A stretch of 32,000 nucleotides of DNA, from positions 20,300 through 52,299 of the forward strand of contig JAHFUM010000002.1 in the NCBI GenBank assembly GCA_023265135.1, in the 5' to 3' direction. Below are positions 25,110-32,000 of this stretch, one piece after another. The stretch comes from Nitrosarchaeum sp. Lineage in GTDB: Archaea; Thermoproteota; Nitrososphaeria; Nitrososphaerales; Nitrosopumilaceae. Below the pieces are notes generated by a model. The model had not been told where the DNA came from and did no database searches. It saw only the letters and a list, made by a program, of their open reading frames with translations. Every line of letters starts with the position of its first letter. Position 1 is the stretch's first letter. The translations under genes and the position numbers were made by a program.

Positions 25110-25134
25110 TTGTTATATTTATTCAATTTTGATT

Positions 25135-27648
25135 TTACACTAGAGGTCTGTCACTCTCTGTGGGCTTGACCAACTTTGTTTCTTCACCGCTGTTGATTCT
25201 TTGAAGAATTTCTAATGCAGAGTATTTGTGTAAGAATTCATTATTGTTTCCGCATCTATATGAAAATGTACAACGTGGGCAACCTGCCTCATTTTGACAT
25301 GGGCATTCTTTTACTATGGACATGCTTCGCTCAAGCGCACTCTCAAATCTATCAAATAGCGCCTTACTTGCTCCATTTCCTCCTATAGCTCCATCATAAA
25401 TGAATATCAGCCCAGATGTTCCAAGCGATATTCCACCTAAATCTTGAGATACTCCTCCAGTAATCATGTTGCTGCCTTCAATTACAACGTGTTCTGTGGC
25501 ATGGTACCCGCTTGCCTCTGTGTAGTCTTCATCTTCTGATTTTTTGATCTCTTTGATTGGTCTTGGGGCATGAAATACAATTCCCTTTGTGATAAAGTCA
25601 TACTCTAATGGAGTGTCAAGTAAAACTTTTTGTCCTTGTGTAATCTCTTGTCCTAATTCGATGTTGACATAGCCATAGACTTTTTTTTGTATATGTAGTT
25701 TACAAAATGCAACTTCTACTCCGTATGCTTTTCTCTTCTCAAATACTGTTTCAATTGTCGGCCATTCTTCCGTTAATGCCTTTGTGTAATACGGATAGTC
25801 TCTTGAAATTCTCTCAAGTTTTGCAAAATTTCTTTGAGGATACCCACATTCTTTTACTCTATACCTTGTCCCTGCAAGAAAGTATATTGCATCTTTATGA
25901 AGTTCTTCTAAAGCAATTGGAAGAACTCTGTCTCCGACCTTCTTTTCATTTAAGAAAATATCTACTGATTTTCCAATTCCTCTTATGCTATACTCATTTA
26001 GCAAAGAAGTAATTTTATCGCGATTTGGTATTATTCTGTTATTGTCAAGTAACAGATTTCCTTGTTTGAGGTGCTCTTCTATCACTTCATCATGCTCATT
26101 TAACTCATGTCTGGAAATTGGTTTATCACAAGCCATTGCCATTACTTGAAATTCTTCTACAAACGGATTCTTTGGATCAATGTATGTTTTTTCAACATCT
26201 TCAAAATAATCTTCAGGATGATTCTTGTAGTATTGCGAAATCGGATCATTTCCAAGTGCCAAAAATGCATATCCTCGTTGTCCTTTTCTTGCTGCCCTGC
26301 CAATTCTTTGAATCAATCTATTCACTGGAATGGTAGATGAAATAACACAATCCACATTTCCCACATCTATCCCAAGCTCAAGCGTAGGAGTGCATGAAAT
26401 TGCCTGCAATCTATCATCTTTGAATTCCTGCTCCACCGCTTTTCTATAATTCGCCATCAGGCCGGCTCTGTGAACTTTGATGTTGACTTTTTGTTTCTTT
26501 GCCTGTATTGCTAAAAGCTCCGAATTTAGATGTGAGTTGTTGAACACCATTGTTTTGTGATTTTTTTCAGTCATTCTCTTTGTCAAATCAACCATTAATG
26601 CGCGTTGAGTTCTCAGCGAGGGAAATACCATGACAAAGTCTGTCTGTCCTTTTTTGCCAGAACCCCGAATGATCTTCATTTTTACTCCAAATAATTGCTC
26701 ACAAAAGTTTTTGGCATCGTCTAAAGTTGCTGATGCTGCAACAAATTGTATTTTGTTGTTACACATTCGCTTCAATCTTTTTATTATATAATGAACATTA
26801 GAACCAAAAATTCCTGAATACACATGTGCCTCATCTACTACCAAAACTTTCATTGTTCCAAGCAACGATGAAAATTTTGTTTGGTGCCAGAGATGATAAT
26901 GTAAAACATCAAAATTTGTAATCAGTATGTGTGGAGGATTCTCTAAAATTTCTCTTCTGTCCACCTGATTTGTATCTCCATCAAATACCTGTACATCTAT
27001 TCCAATTTTTTCTGCAAACTTTAGGATTTTTGGATGTTGGTCTCGTGACAAAGCTTTAGTTGGATAAACAAATACCGCAAATACTCCTTTGGCATCACTT
27101 GATTCTTTTTTTATCTTTTGAATTACTGGAATTAAAAATGCCTCTGTTTTTCCTGATGCTGTAGGTGCTTCAATTACTACGTTTTCTCCAAATGACACAT
27201 CTTCAATTGACTCTTCTTGAAATTTGTAAAACTGTTTAATTCCAATTTCTTTCAAGTGATCGCTTATTGATTCATCCAATCCTAGATCTTCTACACTACC
27301 TCCCATTTCAGGGTCAGGATTTTTCAGAACTTTGTATTGAGAAATATAGTCTTTTTTTGAGAAAAGAATTAATTCTGTGATTTTATCCGGATTATTTCTT
27401 CCAATCATCATTTTAATTTCTTTTTCGTCTCTGATTATTCCTTCATCTTTTAGACCTTGAGAAATTCCTTTTTCTGAAACTAATCCCTCATCAAATCTTG
27501 AAAGAAACTCCAAAAACACCTCGTCAATATTTTTTGAAAATTCTAGTAGATCCTCAATACCGCAGTTATTGCATAATATGTGCGTCTTTTTGTTGAATGT
27601 TTTTTGTATCTCTAATTTAGATTTACATTTTGGACATGAAAATTTCAA
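25135..27648 (-). CDS. Superfamily-2 DEAH helicase of the COG1205/YprA(MrfA)-like family, with an N-terminal zinc ribbon and a C-terminal DUF1998-type Cys cluster
   Basis: Zinc ribbon CPKC...CNNC. Helicase motifs I APTASGKT, Ia YPTKALSRDQ, II VVDEAH, III SATL and VI QRIGRAARKG. C-terminal CPCQNEAGCPRCTFSYRCGNNNEFL. Only a TTG start (27646-27648, directly after an in-frame stop) retains the zinc ribbon. Confidence 0.9.
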   Translation of the reverse strand: MKFSCPKCKSKLEIQKTFNKKTHILCNNCGIEDLLEFSKNIDEVFLEFLSRFDEGLVSEKGISQGLKDEGIIRDEKEIKMMIGRNNPDKITELILFSKKDYISQYKVLKNPDPEMGGSVEDLGLDESISDHLKEIGIKQFYKFQEESIEDVSFGENVVIEAPTASGKTEAFLIPVIQKIKKESSDAKGVFAVFVYPTKALSRDQHPKILKFAEKIGIDVQVFDGDTNQVDRREILENPPHILITNFDVLHYHLWHQTKFSSLLGTMKVLVVDEAHVYSGIFGSNVHYIIKRLKRMCNNKIQFVAASATLDDAKNFCEQLFGVKMKIIRGSGKKGQTDFVMVFPSLRTQRALMVDLTKRMTEKNHKTMVFNNSHLNSELLAIQAKKQKVNIKVHRAGLMANYRKAVEQEFKDDRLQAISCTPTLELGIDVGNVDCVISSTIPVNRLIQRIGRAARKGQRGYAFLALGNDPISQYYKNHPEDYFEDVEKTYIDPKNPFVEEFQVMAMACDKPISRHELNEHDEVIEEHLKQGNLLLDNNRIIPNRDKITSLLNEYSIRGIGKSVDIFLNEKKVGDRVLPIALEELHKDAIYFLAGTRYRVKECGYPQRNFAKLERISRDYPYYTKALTEEWPTIETVFEKRKAYGVEVAFCKLHIQKKVYGYVNIELGQEITQGQKVLLDTPLEYDFITKGIVFHAPRPIKEIKKSEDEDYTEASGYHATEHVVIEGSNMITGGVSQDLGGISLGTSGLIFIYDGAIGGNGASKALFDRFESALERSMSIVKECPCQNEAGCPRCTFSYRCGNNNEFLHKYSALEILQRINSGEETKLVKPTESDRPLV

Positions 27649-27743
27649 TTATGATCTACTTGAACATATTCTAGATTTATTGGTTGACTGTAAATTTTAT
27701 CAAAAAATACCATTTCACGACATTATTAAACGAGGAAATAGTC

Positions 27744-28532
27744 ATGATTTTAAAAATGAAAAAAATCGAATTTAACAAAATTTACAATATGAGTTGTATT
27801 GATGGTATGAAATTAATCCCCAAAAACAAAATTGATTTGATAATTACTGATCCTCCATTTGCTATTAATTTCAAGGCTACCAAGGCGAATTATAATCGAA
27901 TTTCTTCCAGAGTGATGCAAGGATATAACGAAATCAAAGTTGCAGATTACTATGATTTTACATTTGATTGGATGAAAGAAGCATTTCGTCTTCTCAAAGA
28001 CTCTGGAAGCATGTATGTTTTTTCAGGTTGGAATAATCTCAAAGACATTCTAAAAGCACTAGATGATGTTGGATTTACTACAATAAATCACATAATATGG
28101 AAATATCAATTCGGTGTTGTAACAAAAAGGAAATTTGTCACCTCTCACTACCATTGCCTTTATGTTTGTAAAAATGACAAACAAAGAAAATTTTTCCCAT
28201 TCTCCAGATTTGAAAAAAGTTCAAAAACAAACGAAGGTCGTAGTTTACATTATAAAGACAAAGAAGATGTCTGGGAAATCAAACGTGAATATTGGACTGG
28301 CGATGAAAAAACTCCCACAAAACTTCCCGCTGAATTAATTGAAAAATTATTACATTATTCAAGCGAAAAACAGGATGTTATTTTAGACCCTTTTCTAGGA
28401 TCCGGACAAGTAGCTGTTGTAAGCAAGTCTATGAATAGAAAATTTTTGGGATTTGAAATAGTGCCTGATTATTATAAATTTGCAAAAAAAAGACTGGATA
28501 AAAATCTCTACAGAATAAAAAAATCAGAATAA
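27744..28532 (+). CDS. Beta-class (motif IV before motif I) N6-adenine/N4-cytosine DNA methyltransferase
   Basis: Motif IV is LIITDPPFAI. The C-terminal motif I region is TKLPAELIEKLLHYSSEKQDVILDPFLGSGQVAVVSKSMNRKFLGFEI (the PF01555-type pattern). I prefer the ATG at 27744 (GAGGA lies 8 nt upstream) over the TTG at 27684. Confidence 0.85.
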   Translation: MILKMKKIEFNKIYNMSCIDGMKLIPKNKIDLIITDPPFAINFKATKANYNRISSRVMQGYNEIKVADYYDFTFDWMKEAFRLLKDSGSMYVFSGWNNLKDILKALDDVGFTTINHIIWKYQFGVVTKRKFVTSHYHCLYVCKNDKQRKFFPFSRFEKSSKTNEGRSLHYKDKEDVWEIKREYWTGDEKTPTKLPAELIEKLLHYSSEKQDVILDPFLGSGQVAVVSKSMNRKFLGFEIVPDYYKFAKKRLDKNLYRIKKSE

Positions 28533-28535
28533 TAT

Positions 28536-28880
28536 CTATAGATTGTTTTCTGATTTGTCTGAATTTTGTCCCATCTTTCCTGCAATTATTTTTTGAAGTT
28601 CTTCATCTGATTTTCCTGTAACATCTACTCCCAGTGATTTTGCAATCATTTCCAGTTTTTGTCTCTCGGTTTCTAGAGGTCCCGATACGTCCAATTTAGT
28701 ATCCGAGATACCTTTCATCTGATTCTGAACCTCGTTTTTTGCTTTGTTGAATTCGTTTACTATCATTCCTAATTTCTTTGCAGCACTTGGAAGTTGATTA
28801 GTCCCTAAAATCAACACTAATGCAACAAAAACTATGATTATCCATTCATTTCCTAGTATGTCCAATGAATAATCAAACAT
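28536..28880 (-). CDS. tatA: TatA/E-like twin-arginine translocase subunit
   Basis: An N-terminal single TM segment followed by an amphipathic helix: EWIIIVFVALVLILGTNQLPSAAKKLGMIVNEFNKAKNE (compare the consensus FGxxKLPxxxxxLGkaixeFKka). Confidence 0.7.
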   Translation of the reverse strand: MFDYSLDILGNEWIIIVFVALVLILGTNQLPSAAKKLGMIVNEFNKAKNEVQNQMKGISDTKLDVSGPLETERQKLEMIAKSLGVDVTGKSDEELQKIIAGKMGQNSDKSENNL

Positions 28881-28927
28881 AGAGTATAATCCATTTATTT
28901 GAAATTAAACGTAATGCTTTTAGAATT

Positions 28928-30076
28928 TTACACTCTCTTAGGTTCCAACTTTTTTCTGCATTTTATTGCCAAGATCATAACAGCAATTCCTATGATGAAA
29001 AATACAAGATACGGTGTTTGTTTTCCAAACGATTGTGCTATTGGTCCTCCTAATGTTGGTCCTATTGCCCAACCAACTCCAAAAACTGTTTCATATGCTC
29101 CTATGATTTTTCCTGATATTGCTTTACTTGTTCTACTCAAAATTATTTCAAGAGTCAAGGGGAAAAATATGCTAAATCCAAATCCCATACACACCATTGC
29201 TATTGCAAACATGATAATTGAACTAGAAATTGCTGAAATTGCTAGTCCGATTGAAATGGCTCCCGTAGCCACAATCAATGTCTGGCTTGTCTTTCTTGAG
29301 AATCTGCCTGCTAACGCAAGTGATATCACCCTTGAAATTCCAAAAGCAAAATACACTAACAAAATATCTCTATCTGTCATTCCATGATCATCTAAGAATG
29401 CAGGATAAATCGAAATGATTATCCCAAAAGATGATGTGCAAAAAATTAGCAATATTATTACCTCTGGAAATTTTTTCAATTCTTTAATTGACGAAAGTGA
29501 GAATCTTTCTTGATGATTAGTAATACTTTTCCTCGAAATCAAAAGAGCAAAAATTATGGCACTAGCCAAAATAAAGCCAGTTATTTGAAATAGAATTCTA
29601 TAAGTGATATCAAGACCTTCCAAAAATACAGTTCCTAATAGGGGACCAATCATAAATCCCATTACAAAAAACATTGTAAACCACGAAATGTTTCTGACTC
29701 TTGTCTGTTCATTACTTTGATTAGAAATGATTGCTTGACATGGTGGCCAGAAAAACGCATGAGCTATCCCAGTCATTATCCTAAAACCCATTATCTCTGG
29801 AACAGACTGTGCTATCGAAAGAAGATAGATTGATACTGAATTGATTGTTGCACCTATAGCTAGAAGATATCCATTATTGAATTTGTCAAGAAGAATTCCT
29901 ACAAATATTGGAATGAACATGTAGGGAATAAAATTCGCTAGTCCGATAAAACCAAGTTCAGAATATGATGCTCCGATTATGTTTTTTGCAAATATTGGTA
30001 GAATTGGACCGTGAAGTCCGTAAGAAATACCTATGATTAAACCGATGATGTTTACAAGAACCAGTACTTTGTTCAT
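28928..30076 (-). CDS. Major facilitator superfamily (MFS) transporter
   Basis: About 12 hydrophobic segments over 382 aa with an MFS-like loop motif (GRFSRK). The start overlaps the ubiE-like gene stop by 4 nt. Confidence 0.85.
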   Translation of the reverse strand: MNKVLVLVNIIGLIIGISYGLHGPILPIFAKNIIGASYSELGFIGLANFIPYMFIPIFVGILLDKFNNGYLLAIGATINSVSIYLLSIAQSVPEIMGFRIMTGIAHAFFWPPCQAIISNQSNEQTRVRNISWFTMFFVMGFMIGPLLGTVFLEGLDITYRILFQITGFILASAIIFALLISRKSITNHQERFSLSSIKELKKFPEVIILLIFCTSSFGIIISIYPAFLDDHGMTDRDILLVYFAFGISRVISLALAGRFSRKTSQTLIVATGAISIGLAISAISSSIIMFAIAMVCMGFGFSIFFPLTLEIILSRTSKAISGKIIGAYETVFGVGWAIGPTLGGPIAQSFGKQTPYLVFFIIGIAVMILAIKCRKKLEPKRV

Positions 30077-30762
30077 TTGTACGCGGCAACCATTATTGCT
30101 CCGCCCATAAGATCTTTCTCAAACTCCACTCTGGAAAACTTTTCCAGCAATAATTTTTCCAACTTTTTATTCTGTGGCCATCTTTTGTATGTGCCATAAA
30201 GAGTGCCAAATTTCAAACCTAGTCTTCCCCCTGCAATTAATGCCAGTATTGGCAGAATAAACCTGAGATAAAATGATACGCCCAATCTAATTATTGCCTC
30301 ATCTGGTTTTCCTAAATCGATAATTACAAATCTTCCATTGTTTTTTAATACTCTGTGAATTTCTGAAATTGCAATTCTCAAATTAATGGCATCTCTAAGG
30401 GAATATCCACACAAAACAGCATCAAATTCTCCATCCTTAAACGGAATGTGTTCAAAAACACCATTTATCAAATCAGGAGTTTTTTCAAAATGGGTACCTG
30501 TATTTTTCAACATTGGCACAAGAGGATCATAAAGTGTAACTGAAATATTTCCATCACATAACTTTAAAGCCATTTTAGACATGTTTCCAAAACCGGATCC
30601 TGCATCAAGAATCTTATTTCCTGGAAACACCCTTCCCGATATTCCTCGGTTTCTATGTTCTACGTCCTTTCCAAGTGAGATGTATGAATTTACTTTGTCA
30701 TAAATCGGTATGATTTCACGAAGTACTTCTATGACTTCTCCCCAGTAACTTCCCAATCCCAT
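30073..30762 (-). CDS. ubiE: UbiE/MenG-family SAM-dependent (demethylmenaquinone-type) methyltransferase
   Basis: YDKVNSYISLGKDVEHRN (compare YD.mN..iS.G.H..WR), motif I ILDAGSGFGNMS, and GYSLRD. Confidence 0.75.
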   Translation of the reverse strand: MGLGSYWGEVIEVLREIIPIYDKVNSYISLGKDVEHRNRGISGRVFPGNKILDAGSGFGNMSKMALKLCDGNISVTLYDPLVPMLKNTGTHFEKTPDLINGVFEHIPFKDGEFDAVLCGYSLRDAINLRIAISEIHRVLKNNGRFVIIDLGKPDEAIIRLGVSFYLRFILPILALIAGGRLGLKFGTLYGTYKRWPQNKKLEKLLLEKFSRVEFEKDLMGGAIMVAAYK

Positions 30763-30814
30763 ATTTATCGTCTTTATGGACTAGTTTGAATAGTTTTCAA
30801 ATCTAAATTTCAAC

Positions 30815-31537
30815 TTAGGCTGTAAATTTAGATGCATTTTTAGAATAATTTTGTAAATCTGATTCTGATACTTTTTCAAATATTTTTTTCTCAGTAGTGA
30901 CTTTGGCCATTTTAATGTGATTCAGTCCTTCCTTTTGTTCTGCTTTTAGATTAATAGAAGCAATGGCAAGTGCTGCAGCATCACTCAAACTCATATTGGG
31001 ATTGTAATGTTTTTCCAAAAATGCATTTACTTCGTCAGAACCTGCACCTATTGCAATTGCTGCATATTGGACATAAGTTCCACTTGGATCTGTAACATAG
31101 ATTGATTCTCCCTTTTGATCAACTCCTGCAATTATCAGCGCCACTCCGTTAGGACGAACTCCTGAATATTGTGTAAATTGGTGAGATTGATCTGCTAAAT
31201 GTTTGGCAACAGTTGCAACCTCTACTGATTCATCATAAGTCATTTTATTTCCCTGTGAGAAAAATCTGGCACTATCTACCTGAACACGAGCATCTGGGAT
31301 ATATCCTGCAGCTGCAACTCCAATGTGATAATCCACTTGGAAAATTTTCTGTGTTACATTTGAAGTTTGTAATGCTCTTGGTTTTTCTTCAACAGCCATG
31401 ATAACTCCTTCTTTGCTACGAACACCTATGGCTAGTGTGCCTCTTTTTACTGTCTCAATAGCGTATTCAACTTGATAGATTCTACCATCTGGCGAATACA
31501 TTGTAGGCGTCATATCGTACCCGCGTGATGCCATCAT
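30815..31537 (-). CDS. psmA: 20S proteasome alpha subunit
   Basis: YDMTPTMYSPDGRIYQVEYAIETVKRGTLAIGVRSKEGVIMA is the canonical alpha-subunit N-terminus. Confidence 0.95.
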   Translation of the reverse strand: MMASRGYDMTPTMYSPDGRIYQVEYAIETVKRGTLAIGVRSKEGVIMAVEEKPRALQTSNVTQKIFQVDYHIGVAAAGYIPDARVQVDSARFFSQGNKMTYDESVEVATVAKHLADQSHQFTQYSGVRPNGVALIIAGVDQKGESIYVTDPSGTYVQYAAIAIGAGSDEVNAFLEKHYNPNMSLSDAAALAIASINLKAEQKEGLNHIKMAKVTTEKKIFEKVSESDLQNYSKNASKFTA

Positions 31538-31661
31538 AATATAACGAGTTCTTGTTCAGTCAATTTAAGGGTAATTGTCCTTCATTGATCTGTAACAGAT
31601 GTGGAAAAGATCTGGAAATACTGTTTTAAGCAAATTTTTCTCATTATCTACAAGAAAAAAA

Positions 31662-32000
31662 ATGACTCAAGCCAAACTCGTAGAATTCAAGGAAATTTTA
31701 AGATCTAAATCAGAACATAGAAAACCAGACAAACAGGCCAGCAAATTACTATTTTATTTGTTTACCAGCACAAGAGGAGGTTATACAAGATTGCGAATAA
31801 TCATGCTCTTACTTGAACAATCATACAATACACACCAATTAGCGCAGAAACTTGAATTAGATTACAAGGCCATTCAACATCACATGAAAGTACTGGAGAA
31901 AAACAACATGATACTCAAAACCGGTGAAAAGTATGGTGCTGTATTTTATTTATCTACATTTTTAGAAGTTAACATTGGCGCGCTTGACATGGCAATTGAT
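31662..32000 (+). CDS. ArsR-type winged-HTH regulator, 3'-truncated by the window edge
   Basis: ATG at 31662, open to the window end (113 codons, not in the ORF track). TRLRIIMLLLEQSYNTHQLAQKLELDYKAIQHHMKVLEKNNMI is a typical ArsR/wHTH recognition region. Confidence 0.6.
   Translation, partial: MTQAKLVEFKEILRSKSEHRKPDKQASKLLFYLFTSTRGGYTRLRIIMLLLEQSYNTHQLAQKLELDYKAIQHHMKVLEKNNMILKTGEKYGAVFYLSTFLEVNIGALDMAID

Noticed and set aside
25135-28532. Calling the helicase/MTase pair a bona fide DISARM or Druantia system
   Set aside because: The PLD-nuclease (DrmC), SNF2 (DrmD)/DrmE and DruH-like partners are absent from the neighbourhood. Only an incomplete resemblance remains, so it is reported as a hypothesis only.
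28899-29387. 162-aa plus-strand ORF
   Set aside because: It lies entirely antisense to the well-supported MFS transporter gene. Its hydrophobic translation is the mirror of a membrane-protein gene, and it has no independent signal.

Overview
AT-rich archaeal chromosome segment, very probably from an ammonia-oxidising thaumarchaeon (Nitrosopumilales-like). Lineage markers are a eukaryote-type topoisomerase IB, a membrane-anchored plastocyanin-like cupredoxin, a tRNA with a non-canonically placed intron, a 20S proteasome alpha subunit and an Elf1-like zinc ribbon. All calls rest on motif recognition in the supplied translations and reading of the DNA; no database search was possible. The left ~5.5 kb looks accessory. 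It holds the 3' two-thirds of a phi29-type (protein-primed) family B DNA polymerase. Directly abutting it is a visibly more AT-rich two-gene module: a 118-aa orphan plus a 945-aa protein fusing an N-terminal PD-(D/E)xK nuclease (HsdR-N/Mrr-like), a NACHT/STAND-type P-loop NTPase and a ~550-aa unassigned C-terminal region. This is my best candidate for an undescribed NLR/Avs-like archaeal immune module carried on a casposon- or virus-like element. The rest looks like core genome. It contains padR plus an FMN reductase, and a metal-related neighbourhood (ArsR-type regulator, two His-bearing membrane proteins, cupredoxin, CDF transporter with a triplicated cytoplasmic domain). Further on are several zinc-ribbon micro-ORFs, an etfB-etfA-fixC/X(fused) cluster, pirin, a PPOX-family protein, intron-containing tRNA-Met(CAT), topoisomerase IB and an SDR. 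The right end carries a COG1205-type helicase with a DUF1998 Cys cluster divergently paired with a beta-class DNA methyltransferase, then tatA, an MFS transporter, ubiE/menG, psmA and a truncated wHTH gene. No CRISPR array or rRNA was seen.
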